A stretch of 64,000 nucleotides of DNA from Alphaproteobacteria bacterium (lineage in GTDB: Bacteria > Pseudomonadota > Alphaproteobacteria > UBA828): positions 64,001-128,000 of the forward strand of contig CBDCCI010000002.1 of the NCBI GenBank assembly GCA_965214705.1, in the 5' to 3' direction. The number at the start of each line of letters is the position of its first letter. Position 1 is the first letter of the stretch. Both the position numbers and the translations under genes were made by a program. The notes beneath the pieces were generated by a model that searched no databases, was not told where the DNA came from, and saw only the letters and a program-made list of their open reading frames with translations. Of the stretch, positions 9,880 to 19,454 are shown in pieces.

Positions 9880-10290
9880 GGCAAGGGTGCTGCCCTTCAT
9901 GGGCAGGCCCGGTGCAAAGGATTCGATGCGGCCGATCCGCGCCGATTCCGTGCCGGGACTCTTTCTGCATGTGAACTCCCTGCACGGCGAAAAGCCGGCG
10001 CTCGGTCCGGGCCGCGTGGCTGGCCTCATTCCGGTGGTGGACCCGACGTAGCGAACGGACGTCGGCTCGGACCGCGTGGACGAAGTCCCGGGCCTCACGC
10101 CGGCAGAGAGATCGCCGGTCATCGACATCTGCTCGCGAAGGGCAGGACCAACGACGAAACCGCCGCCACTGGAGCACCGGACCGCGGTCAAGTAGCACGC
10201 TCGGCACATCTCCTGCGAGCACGGGCTTTCCCATCGGTTGGGACTGGTCATGTTGAAGATGTCGGTAGTCCAGATTCCAGGCGGCGGCGC
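9880..10290 (+). pseudogene. Degenerate C-terminal fragment of a LuxR regulator paralog
   Basis: VVDPT*...PGLTPAE...LLAKG resembles the C-terminus of 8360-9511, with a stop and frameshifts. Confidence 0.45.
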
Positions 10291-10520
10291 TTGAGACAGC
10301 GACCCTCGGGCGCCGCCGGCTATTCGCACCTTCTTCTCTGTTGGTTGAATTAATTCTTGGACCCCCTCCCGCAGGAGGGCGCCAAGACGCGGACCAACGA
10401 GTAACCTTCACTACGGTTTTTTCGATTGGGACCAGTCCAATGGACGCAAACTCGAAAGACTTGAGTCCACATCGGCTCAACGCAGGCAGAACTTGGTCGA
10501 GCGACCGGAATGGGGTGCCA

Positions 10521-11960
10521 GTGCGCAAGAAGCGCACGCTGAGCGCGTGGGGCGCCGTCGCCTGCACAGCGACACTCCTGGCGCTTGCCGCCTGCGGCGG
10601 CGGAGGCGGTGGCCCGGAGACGGGCGGTTCCATGCCGCCGGACACCGGTTCCATGCCGCCGGACGGCGGCCAGGACCCCATCGTCTCCGAGCCCGTCCCC
10701 GAACTGGTTCTGCCGCCGGCTCAAGCCGCAGGGGCCCAGCAGGCCCCCGTCATCCAGTTCGATGACGAACTTCGCGTCGGCGCCATGCCGCCGCCCGAGC
10801 AAAGTGGCCTGACGCCCGCTACAACCCATGATGGCGCGTCCGTGCGCCACGGACGCCTCGGCGACGGTCTCGGCGCAACCGCTCTAACCAGCTATCTCAA
10901 CGAGGACGCCAGACTTACCCGCAACATCCTGCTCCGCTTCGCCGATGCGCCGGTCGTGCGCTTTGTCGAAGGCACCAGTGCCGCGCAGATCGACGAGATC
11001 GTCCGCGCCGTGCGGCTCCTCAACGCGAACCTGCCGCGCGACTTCCAGCTCACGGTCGATTCCACGCCCGTCTCTGCGGCGGACGATGCCGCCGGCGACA
11101 ACCACGACACCCTCGCGCCGGACCAGATCCTTGTCGAGTTCGACCGCCGCGAGGACTGGGAGCTGCCTTACGGAGGCGCTCCCGTCGGCAACACGAGGAC
11201 CTGGTCCATTGATGGAGCGATCCTCACGGCCAGAGTCTGGGTCGACCACACTCGTCACGCCAACGCCTCCGACCGCATGGTCACGCTCGTGCACGAGCTC
11301 ATCCATGCCCTCGGCCGCCAGCACGCGGACTCCGCGCGCTTCCCCTCCACCATCATGCACGTGATCGGGGTGGGGACGGAAGGTTACGTGATGCACCAAC
11401 TCGACCGCGAGGCCCTGCTCGCCGTCTACGGCGTGCTCGAGCCGGGTGCCGCGCTGGCCGACATCGCCGCCGACCTCGGCCCCTGGGAGAGCCAATCGCT
11501 CCACGTGCGCGGCGACCTCGGCGATCTCGCCTTCGGCGCCTCGCTGCGCAACGGCCTGGCGCGGCCCTGGGCGCTGGGCCCCCGTCCCGGCATCGACCTT
11601 GCCGACAATACAGATCTCATGGGAAGCGCCAGTTGGTCCGGCCGCCTCCTCGGTCTTACGCCTTCGGGCGAGACCGTCGCCGGTGCCGCCGGCCTCGCCA
11701 TCGATCTCGCGTCCCTCGACGGCGACCTCAACTTTACGTCTCTCGAGTCCTGGACCGGCGCTCCCGGCGAACTTGGCACCGGCACCATGTGGGGCGACGG
11801 CGACCTGAGCTACGACATCACCGTCGAAGGCAACGTCTTCGCGCGCACCGGCGGCGACGAGGGGCACGTCACCGGCACGTTCTTCGGCGCTTCCCACGAG
11901 GGCATGGGCGGCACCCTCGTCCGCGACGACCTCGGCGCCGGCTTCGCCGGAGTCCGCTGA
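10521..11960 (+). CDS. Lipoprotein with HEXXH zinc-metallopeptidase motif and C-terminal beta-rich domain
   Basis: Lipobox LALAAC-GGGGG; HELIHALGRQH; paralog at 57889-59523. Confidence 0.8.
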   Translation: MRKKRTLSAWGAVACTATLLALAACGGGGGGPETGGSMPPDTGSMPPDGGQDPIVSEPVPELVLPPAQAAGAQQAPVIQFDDELRVGAMPPPEQSGLTPATTHDGASVRHGRLGDGLGATALTSYLNEDARLTRNILLRFADAPVVRFVEGTSAAQIDEIVRAVRLLNANLPRDFQLTVDSTPVSAADDAAGDNHDTLAPDQILVEFDRREDWELPYGGAPVGNTRTWSIDGAILTARVWVDHTRHANASDRMVTLVHELIHALGRQHADSARFPSTIMHVIGVGTEGYVMHQLDREALLAVYGVLEPGAALADIAADLGPWESQSLHVRGDLGDLAFGASLRNGLARPWALGPRPGIDLADNTDLMGSASWSGRLLGLTPSGETVAGAAGLAIDLASLDGDLNFTSLESWTGAPGELGTGTMWGDGDLSYDITVEGNVFARTGGDEGHVTGTFFGASHEGMGGTLVRDDLGAGFAGVR

Positions 11961-12222
11961 ACCGAGCTTGTGGATGCCCACCTCTTAGCCGTCGTGCGAG
12001 CCGCTGAGCCCCTTCTCTTGGAATCTCCAGCCCCCGCACTTGATTGCCGACCGGGCGTTCGGCGGCTGCGATTGGTGCCGGAGCATGCTCGCCGCCTCGG
12101 CGTTTTCGTCGACGGCGCCAGCCACGTACTTCGACACAATCGGCATGTAGAATGCCATTGTAAGAGTTATCCGTCTGTCCCACTAACTTTAGTGTCCGTT
12201 ATCAGTAGTTCTTACATTGTTG

Positions 12223-12442
12223 CCGTAAAGCCTGTCGGCATCGTCGCCTCCACCCTTCCCGCATGAATAGTGTCGGCGCCTGCGTAGCCCATGATCGCGT
12301 CGTGGCCGTCGCTGCCGGTCTTGGAACGAGGAGAATCAGGGATGGCAATGAGGCGTTACGAGACCGAGGAAGTTGTGAGCCTGCTGCGATGGGCAGACGT
12401 TCTGCACGGCCACGGAATGTCGACGGTCGATGCGATCCGTCG
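12223..12442. repeat. Direct repeat copy 2 (RTX fragment plus IS3 orfA fragment)
   Basis: Matches 9596-9858 with an internal deletion of about 40 bp. Confidence 0.8.
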
Positions 12443-13105
12443 GCCGGAGGCTCAGCGAGGTGACATTCAATCTCTGTTGACGGCCCTACCGGCGCAGCCG
12501 ATGTCGGGGAGAGCCTCCGGATAAGTTGCAAACATCCAACCGGCATCGATCGTGTCTGTGTGCCCGAATGGAAATGCCGCGCGCACGCACCTTTACTGGG
12601 AAGCCGCGCGGACTTGCAACTCCTGCGGCGGCGCTCCGGGTGGCGACGACCGCGGCAACGGCGAGCGAGGGCTCAGGATCGCCAGGGTGGAAGCCCGGCG
12701 GACGGCCTACATGAACCCGTCGAACAGGGAGAGACATCTGTGCGCTACAGCCCGGTACCGTCCCCTCTCCGTGAGGGCGGCATAGAGGCAACGGCCCGTT
12801 TCGAAGAAGTCGTCAGCAAGCGCAACCCGTGCTTCCCTCCCGACTTGGCCCTCGACGATTTCAAGCCGCCACAATGCAATGCCGCGCCCTGCAACAGCCG
12901 CCTCCAGCAAAGACACTGATGGGCCGCCGCCCCGAATCCCGCCTCGCCTTCATCCAGACCCACGCCGACCGGGTGGGCGCGCTCGACCTGCGATACGGCC
13001 GGCGAACCACGGCCTCGTAGTGCGTTACGCCGCGCGGCGCAGCTGAGATTTGACCGTCCTCCCGCCTATCGTATCGTGATCCGGTAGGCGGAGGAGTTAT
13101 CGACG

Positions 13106-13417
13106 ATGGGGACCTTGACGCGTGCGGATCTAGCGGCAGCGGTGAGCCAGGAGACGGGATGGACGCATCGGGACGCGAGGAAGTTTGTCGACGCGGCATT
13201 CGAGGCGATCATGTCCCGCCTTGAGGCGGGGTAGACGGTGAAGCTCACCGGCTTCGGCAGCTTCAACCTGCGCGACAAGAGCGAGCGGCTGGGCCGCAAT
13301 CCCCATACCCTGGAGGCGGCGCCGATAGCGCCACGCCGTGTGGTGGTCTTCCGGGCTTGCCAGGTGCTGAAGAAACGAATCGCCAAGGGACTGCCGGGCG
13401 GCCGGGACGGCAGTTAG
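13106..13417 (+). pseudogene. ihfA: Integration host factor alpha-like gene with in-frame TAG at codon 43
   Basis: Read manually: MGTLTRADLAAAV...[26 protein letters not shown]...RRVVVFRA; RBS GGAGGAG; TAG at 13232-13234. Confidence 0.85.
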
Positions 13418-13483
13418 GAATTTGCAGGCCGCGCTGCTACAAGTGCGCGGCACGTTCACCAATTGCCAGGAAAACACCGGATC

Positions 13484-13771
13484 ATGGACCAGGAAACATC
13501 GAGTGGAATTGACGAGAGTTCTCTCTCCAAGGGTGAGATTCGCAAGTTGAACGCGTTGCGCAAGTCCGTGGGCGATGAGATCGGCGACAAGGCGTTCGCC
13601 GAATGGCTGTCGTCACGCTCGGCCGGGTCGAACGAGAAAGACCCGAACGCAGAGACGATCGTCGATACGCTATGGCCGCTCGTCGAAGAGGGCCGGCTGA
13701 TGATCCCGCGTGGTGGCTATTTGCTCAAGCGTGGCCGCGGCAGGATCATCGTGAAACCGGCGCGGCCGTAG
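13484..13771 (+). CDS. Small hypothetical protein
   Basis: 95-aa ORF with protein-like composition (LSKGEIRKLNALRKS...RGGYLLKRGRGRIIV). Confidence 0.6.
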   Translation: MDQETSSGIDESSLSKGEIRKLNALRKSVGDEIGDKAFAEWLSSRSAGSNEKDPNAETIVDTLWPLVEEGRLMIPRGGYLLKRGRGRIIVKPARP

Positions 13772-13899
13772 ACCGTTCTGCCCCCGCTTCGGCCAGTTCC
13801 CGGTGGTCATGGAGGTACGGAGTATTCTCCGCTGTTCGGGCCGCGCCCGCGACGGACGGTACCTCTGGACCATCTACATTAGGGCTTGCTCTCTCGCCG

Positions 13900-14290
13900 G
13901 CAACCCGCTCCGTCTGACGCGGCAGCCATGGAAAAGGCGCGGTCTCGCCGCTGCAGCCATCGCGGTTGCAACGACGACGACATCCGGCGCCGGGACGGCG
14001 GAAGACTTCCATTTGCGCGCCGGGATAGGCATCGACCGGTTCGAGGACGCGGCGTTCACGGACGACGACTGCTCAAGCGAGTCTCCGGTCGCGGTCTACG
14101 GCTGCGGCCGGGGCGGCGACGGCGCCAACCGGCTTGCGGGCTGCCGGCGGACGAGCTGAGACCGCTGGCATCGCGGCTTCTGGAAGTGTCCGACGACCTG
14201 ATCCGCTCCGCGCTCGAATTGGAGTTGGCCGAAGGCATCGTGGTCGCGGACACGGTGGAGGACACCCCCTGCATCTTCCTCGGCGGTCGC
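13900..14290 (+). pseudogene. Mosaic of an outer-membrane protein N-terminal fragment and a RecD2-like helicase fragment
   Basis: DFHLRAGIGID...VYGCG, then in another frame CGLPADEL..LLEV..LELELAEG..PCIFL. Confidence 0.4.
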
Positions 14291-14438
14291 CCCGTGCCGC
14301 TGCGCGCACGCGGAGCTTACCGCCAGGAACATGCGTGCGGGGCCGGCGGCGCCGGTCCCTGGCCTCGCCCCGAGCCCTCGGCTACGATCCCGCCCGACGG
14401 TTGCATCATGAGCGCGGCCGACCTGAGAGGATGCGGCC

Positions 14439-15506
14439 ATGCGCTACGACCAAGTCTACAAGTCGATTTTCTCGCACAGCATCGCGGTGGAGCACCTGCT
14501 CCGCTTCGTCGCCGGCATGATCGATGACGGCCCGGCGTGGCTCGCCGCTATCGACCCCGAGATCCTGGAGCAGGTGCCCACCGAGCGCATCGACGAGACC
14601 CTGCACCGGCACCTGAGCGACCTGGTCTGGCGCGTGCGCCTGCGCGAGGGCGGCGACGAGGACTGGGCCTACCTCTTCGTGCTGATCGAGTTCCAGTCTG
14701 CGGTGGACCATCTGATGGCGCTGCGGGTGCGCACCTACGTGGACCTGCTATATCGAGGTCTGTGGCGGGAGCGGCGCTTCGGCGCCTCGGACCGTCTGCC
14801 GCCGGTGCTGCCCGTGGTGCTCTACAACGGGGCGTCTCCGTGGACTGCGGCGGCGAGCGTGGAGGACCTTGTCGCACCTGAGGGCCGACCTGCCAGTCCG
14901 GCAGGTCCGGTGGCGTTTTTCGCGGGCTCGCGTTATCTGGCGCTTGACGTGGGGCGTGCCGAGGTTGGAGAGTCGGATCCGGAGGATGTTGTTTCTCTCG
15001 TGATCGGCATTGAGCGGATGTCGTCGCACGAAGAGGGCTACACGACTCTGGCGTCGGCGTTTTCCGTACTTCGCGGTGCCGGGCACCGGGAGTTGCGCCG
15101 AGTGTTCCATACGTGGTTCAGTCTGCTGGTCGGGTCTGGCGCCGGTGGCGCCGCAATCGAGGGGTTCGAGGAGATGGAGCGACTGGAAGAGGCGGGCGAG
15201 CTGCGGACAGCGGTCCAGGACCGTGTCCGCGCATGGCGCGAGGCGGACCGCGAACAGGGCCGCGCGGAAGGCGTCGAGCAAGGCCGAGCGGAAGGCGTCG
15301 AGCAAGGCCGAGCGGAAGGCGTCGAGCAGGAGCGGTCGCTGCTGCTGCGCCAGGCCGAGCGGAAGTTCGGCGCCGAAGCGACCGGGCGCCTAGCGGACCT
15401 GCTGACCGGGATCGAGGATCCGGAGCGCTTGGCGGACGTCGGCGAGTTGATCATCGACTGCGCTTCGGGCGACGAGCTGATCGCGCGGCTGGAGAGTTCG
15501 GCTTAG
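14439..15506 (+). CDS. Rpn/YhgA-like recombination-promoting nuclease (PD-(D/E)XK)
   Basis: DQVYKSIFSH, SDLVWRV, LIEFQSAVD, LPPVLPVVLYNG, EQGRAEGV repeats. Confidence 0.9.
   Translation: MRYDQVYKSIFSHSIAVEHLLRFVAGMIDDGPAWLAAIDPEILEQVPTERIDETLHRHLSDLVWRVRLREGGDEDWAYLFVLIEFQSAVDHLMALRVRTYVDLLYRGLWRERRFGASDRLPPVLPVVLYNGASPWTAAASVEDLVAPEGRPASPAGPVAFFAGSRYLALDVGRAEVGESDPEDVVSLVIGIERMSSHEEGYTTLASAFSVLRGAGHRELRRVFHTWFSLLVGSGAGGAAIEGFEEMERLEEAGELRTAVQDRVRAWREADREQGRAEGVEQGRAEGVEQGRAEGVEQERSLLLRQAERKFGAEATGRLADLLTGIEDPERLADVGELIIDCASGDELIARLESSA
15252..15329 (+). repeat. 24-bp coding tandem repeat, about 3 copies (EQGRAEGV)
   Basis: Repeated gagcaaggccgagcggaaggcgtc unit. Confidence 0.85.
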
Positions 15507-15877
15507 GTCCGATCGTCCGCCCCTGCGGGACGGTGCCGGGGGTAGCGCTGCTTCGATGAGAAGCGGCATGCGCGGCCCCGCAGTCCGGCCCGCACCAGGT
15601 CGCCGTTTGTCGCCCCACGCCCATTCCCTGTGGGTGATCACAAACGACCATGGCGAGTGTCGGACGGCCGCCGGCTGGCGGTCGCAGGCACAAAGGTCGG
15701 CCCCGGCAGAGACCGCCACCGCCGACCAGATTCGGCCCGACGGCCGTGTCGAAAATCGCCTTTCGGCGGGCCGTTTTGATTCCGGTTTCGGGGGCACCGT
15801 CGACGGGCTCGCGCAGAGTTTCGGCCGAGTCGCTACGGGTCGCGTAATGGTTCGGTAATGCCGTGGAGGGGCCGGGT

Positions 15878-16759
15878 TCAGCGATTGAGGGCCCGTTTCC
15901 AGTCTTTTCGCAGCGGCCTGAGCCAGATGTCCTTCCTGGGCTTGTCGTAGAGCTTGTGCCGGTCGTAGCGCCCACGCCCCTGGGTGTTTCCGACGCGGAT
16001 CCAGCCGGATGCCTTGTAGACGGCGCCGGTGTAGCGCGGGGTCTGGACGAAGGTCTCGATGAGTACGGGCGCGGTGTTGTAGCGCTCGGCCCAGTCGATG
16101 GGCAGACGGCGGCGGACGATGGCGAGGATGTGCGAGCCCAGGTTGGGGATCTTGATCCAGGGCAGGATCAGGAACCTGGGATTGTCGACCACCAGCGGCA
16201 GGTTCTTCTCGCGCATCTCAGGGGTCCAGCCGACGAAGGCATCGCGCGGCGCCAGCTTCCAGGCGGCGGTTGAGAAGCCGAGCATGGCGAGCGGCCAGCC
16301 GTTCCGGTCGTGGACGGCGTAGCGCATCTGGGCGCCGACCAGGGTCTTGTAACCGAGGTAGTGGTAGCGGGCGACGAACTCGTTCCAGAGCTTGCCCTCT
16401 CGGGTTCCGCGCACGACGGTGCGCATGTTGAGCGGGCGGACCTCGTCCAGCGCCGTCGGGGCGGGGAAGAGCGGCGGCTCGGTGTCGGGCCCGAAGACGA
16501 TCGGCTTTGGCGGACCCGGTTGCCACCTCGGCGGCGGCAGGGTGATCAGACCATCCTTGTGCATGGCCAGCATGGTGACGCGGGCCATCATGTCCTTCAG
16601 GCCTCCGTCGGGCTTGAGCCAGCCGATGCGCCGGCAGAACTCCCTGGACAACGCATGGCGGCTGAGCGGCGGGGGTCCGGCGATCAGCGCGCGCAGCAGC
16701 GCCATCTCTTCAGCGCTGAAGTCTCGCCCGTAATAGCGGCACTCCACGGTGCCGCTCAC
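15878..16759 (-). CDS. DUF4338-family protein (DruA-related; Mom/GNAT-like motifs)
   Basis: RYYGRDFS, HYLGY, GAQMRY, WKLAPRD, RFLILPW, NLGSH, ETFV, GAVYKASGW; GTG start overlaps the transposase TGA. Confidence 0.85.
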   Translation of the reverse strand: MSGTVECRYYGRDFSAEEMALLRALIAGPPPLSRHALSREFCRRIGWLKPDGGLKDMMARVTMLAMHKDGLITLPPPRWQPGPPKPIVFGPDTEPPLFPAPTALDEVRPLNMRTVVRGTREGKLWNEFVARYHYLGYKTLVGAQMRYAVHDRNGWPLAMLGFSTAAWKLAPRDAFVGWTPEMREKNLPLVVDNPRFLILPWIKIPNLGSHILAIVRRRLPIDWAERYNTAPVLIETFVQTPRYTGAVYKASGWIRVGNTQGRGRYDRHKLYDKPRKDIWLRPLRKDWKRALNR

Positions 16760-18993
16760 CCCGGCACCAGGAACTCGCGCCTGCGCTTCTCGCTCATCGA
16801 CCACGGCAGCCACGGCTTGAGGTCTTCCGGCGGTTGGCCGCCATTCTCCGCGCACGCCTCCAGCCATGCCCGAAGCCAGCGCAGGATGTCGATGTCGTTC
16901 ATCTTGAGGGTGCACACGACCGTGTACATCATCGCCGTGAACTCGGCACCGCGCTCGCTGTCGGAGCCGAAGCTGAGGCGTCTTCCGATCACCGGCGCCC
17001 TCAGCACGCGCTCGGCAAAATTGTTGTCCATCGGGACCGGTGGGTGGTCGACGAAGACGCGCAATCCCTTGCGGTGGTTCAGCAGCGAGCGCAGCGCCTT
17101 GCCCTCGCGTGCCCCGGCCGGCAGGTCGGACAGCTGCCGTTCAGCCTCGGAGAACAAGGCGTCGAGCCCCTCCTTCAGCGCGCCCTGTGCGGCGTCGAAC
17201 TCCGGCGTCCGGCGCGCGCAGCCGGGGTCGTAGTGCTTCAGCCGCTCATCGTTCAAGCGGTAGATCTCCGCGATCCGCTCGATCCATCCCTGGCACCACT
17301 CCGTCAGCCGCACCTGGCCGGCCGCGCAGTCGATGAATGTCCGGCGTTGATGCGCCCAACACCACTGCAGGATCATCTTGCCGGCGAGATCGCGTGCCAG
17401 CTTCTTGTAGGCGGACAGGCGGTCGCACACCAGGATCGTGCTGCCGGCGGTGTCGCCGAACAACTTCATCGCGACCTCTGCGGAACGCGAGGGATCGCTA
17501 TGGAAGAAGGCCGCGTCTTCGGTCACCGAGGTCCACAGCCAGGAGCGGGCGGAGCCGCCCGTCTCGCGTAGCGAACGGATGCGCCAGCCGGTCTCGTCGC
17601 CGTGGCGCACCGCCGCCTTGTTCTGGTGATCGAGGATCGCTTCCGCCACCGGCTTGAACAGCGGCACGAAGGGCTTGACGCTGCTGCCCAGCGTCCCCGG
17701 CGAGATCGAAAGGCCCATATCGGACATCCATGCCGCGACCCGCTTGAGCGGGCGGAAGCAGGCGTAGCGCTCGTATAGATACTGCGACCAGACGCTGATC
17801 CCGTAGGGCGTCCTGTCGAACAGGCGCGGCACCGGAGGCGCGATCACCTCCTGGGGCGAGGACGCGCACTCGCAGGCCCGGCGCCAGCGGGGACGGACGA
17901 TCCTGCGCTTGTGGGCCTTGACCTCGATCTCGAAGATGGCGCTCTCTTCCGTGCCGTTCGGCGCGTAGGGCTTGCCGCAACAGGAACAGATGAGCGCGTC
18001 CTCCGGCGGGGTCTTCTCTTCTTTCCGCTCCTCGAGCCCGGGCCGCTGGGTGCGGCCATGGCCGGGTGCGCCGCGCTGCTGGCCGCGCGTGCGCCCAGTG
18101 GACGGCTTCTTCTGCTTCTCGCTCTTCCTGCCAAACAGCGTCCTGGATAGCGCCGCTCCGGTCGCGCGAAGCTTGGAAACCCGCGCCTCCAGCGCCGCGA
18201 TCCGGGCCTGCGACGTCTTCGCGGCCTTGCGCAGCCGGACGTTCTTCCGGGTCAACGACTTGATCGTGGCCTTCTGGCGCCTCGATCTCCGCAGGGCCTT
18301 GCGCAGATCGGCGTCGGCGCCGGACAAAGCTTCCCTGTGGGCTTTCGATATCCGCAAGACCCTGGCCACCCGGGCCTTCAACGTCTCTTCCCTCGCGTCG
18401 GCACCCTTCACCGAATGGCGCAACCAGAAGACCTCGTCGGTCAGCGAGATAACTCTGTCCGCCTGATCGCGCCGGTGCCTCAGCTCCGCGTGAAGCTCAA
18501 TGACCTCGCCGGACAGCTTTCTACCGGTCGCCTTGAGGTCCTCCGTGCGCTGCCTCTCCTGGTCCAGCTTCCGGGTCAGACGGCTGACCTCTCTGCGCAG
18601 CCCAGTAACCTCTTTGCGCAGCTCACCACGCTCCGCGCGCAGAGACTCGATCGCCTGCTGGCTCTTCGCTGAGGCCGGAGCGTGGTGACGCCTGCCGCGA
18701 GCCGGTGACGCGGACTTTGGCCCGCCAGCGCCAGCCTGGCCAGCCGGCGGAGGCGACTTGGGCCTGCCAGTGCCAGCCTCCGGTCTCCCCAGCGCACGAC
18801 GCAGCCGACGAACATCGTCGAGCAGCTCCTGCACTCGTGCCTCGGCCGCCTTCGCGCGCTTCAGCTCCCGCTCGTACAGAGATTTCCAGTTGCGCGGCGC
18901 GCTCGACGGGGTTGCGGCGGGCGGCGACCAGTTTCCATCGTCGCCCTCGACCAGCGCCAGGTCCGCGCTGAAATCCTCGTCGCGAATCGCCAT
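16756..18993 (-). CDS. IS66-family transposase with long N-terminal coiled coil
   Basis: LFGRKSEK, CSCCG, HGDETGW, CWAHQRR, MDNNFAERVLR. Confidence 0.9.
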   Translation of the reverse strand: MAIRDEDFSADLALVEGDDGNWSPPAATPSSAPRNWKSLYERELKRAKAAEARVQELLDDVRRLRRALGRPEAGTGRPKSPPPAGQAGAGGPKSASPARGRRHHAPASAKSQQAIESLRAERGELRKEVTGLRREVSRLTRKLDQERQRTEDLKATGRKLSGEVIELHAELRHRRDQADRVISLTDEVFWLRHSVKGADAREETLKARVARVLRISKAHREALSGADADLRKALRRSRRQKATIKSLTRKNVRLRKAAKTSQARIAALEARVSKLRATGAALSRTLFGRKSEKQKKPSTGRTRGQQRGAPGHGRTQRPGLEERKEEKTPPEDALICSCCGKPYAPNGTEESAIFEIEVKAHKRRIVRPRWRRACECASSPQEVIAPPVPRLFDRTPYGISVWSQYLYERYACFRPLKRVAAWMSDMGLSISPGTLGSSVKPFVPLFKPVAEAILDHQNKAAVRHGDETGWRIRSLRETGGSARSWLWTSVTEDAAFFHSDPSRSAEVAMKLFGDTAGSTILVCDRLSAYKKLARDLAGKMILQWCWAHQRRTFIDCAAGQVRLTEWCQGWIERIAEIYRLNDERLKHYDPGCARRTPEFDAAQGALKEGLDALFSEAERQLSDLPAGAREGKALRSLLNHRKGLRVFVDHPPVPMDNNFAERVLRAPVIGRRLSFGSDSERGAEFTAMMYTVVCTLKMNDIDILRWLRAWLEACAENGGQPPEDLKPWLPWSMSEKRRREFLVPG

Positions 18994-19074
18994 GCGCTCG
19001 ACGATATCGCATCCGAAAAACCGTTACCAGCCCCCGCGCGGGGGCGCTCAGCGCGGCGTCGGCGAGCCCGACGC

Positions 19075-19297
19075 CGCCTCATCGAGACCTTCGTCCAGAC
19101 CCCGCGCTACACCGGCGCCGTCTACAAGGCATCCGGCTGGATCCGCGTCGGAAACACCCAGGGGCGTGGGCGCTACGACCGGCACAAGCTCTACGACAAG
19201 CCCAGGAAGGACATCTGGCTCAGGCCGCTGCGAAAAGACTGGAAACGGGCCCTCAATCGCTGAACCCGCCCCCTCCACGGCATTACCGAACCGTTAC
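19075..19297 (+). repeat. Inverted copy of the 3' end of the DUF4338 gene plus element end
   Basis: Near-identical reverse complement of 15844-16065, ending in CCGAACCGTTAC. Confidence 0.9.
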
Positions 19298-19454
19298 GAC
19301 AGGAGTACGCAGGCCTACGCTTACGTTGTAATCAATCCGCTTCCAGTGCGCTTACGGAGATCCTCAGACGAACGGCCTCAGCGCGTCAGGACCTCATATT
19401 AGAACATTGTAACAACGCTGTACAGAATCACCCCCAAAATCGCGCTCGCGAAGC

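Larger units (their letters stand above)
15844..19027 (-). mobile_element. IS66-like element: transposase plus DUF4338 gene
   Basis: Ends GTAATGGTT (15844) and GTAACGGTT (reverse complement, 19027); two coupled genes; no TSD found. Confidence 0.75.

Noticed and set aside
12555-12760. Possible group II intron 5' fragment (GTGTGCCCG...)
   Set aside because: No DV/DVI, RT or demonstrable EBS pairing; resemblance only
13232-13234. Stop-codon reassignment
   Set aside because: TAG terminates intact genes here (e.g. 15506, 32216, 56960), and other pseudogenes show frameshifts and TAA/TGA stops
15252-15329. Short tandem repeats as a CRISPR array
   Set aside because: No spacers; an in-frame EQGRAEGV repeat typical of Rpn proteins; no cas genes in the window
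15878-16759. Druantia defence system
   Set aside because: Only a DUF4338 gene is present, with no DruE-like helicase or other partners, and it lies within IS ends
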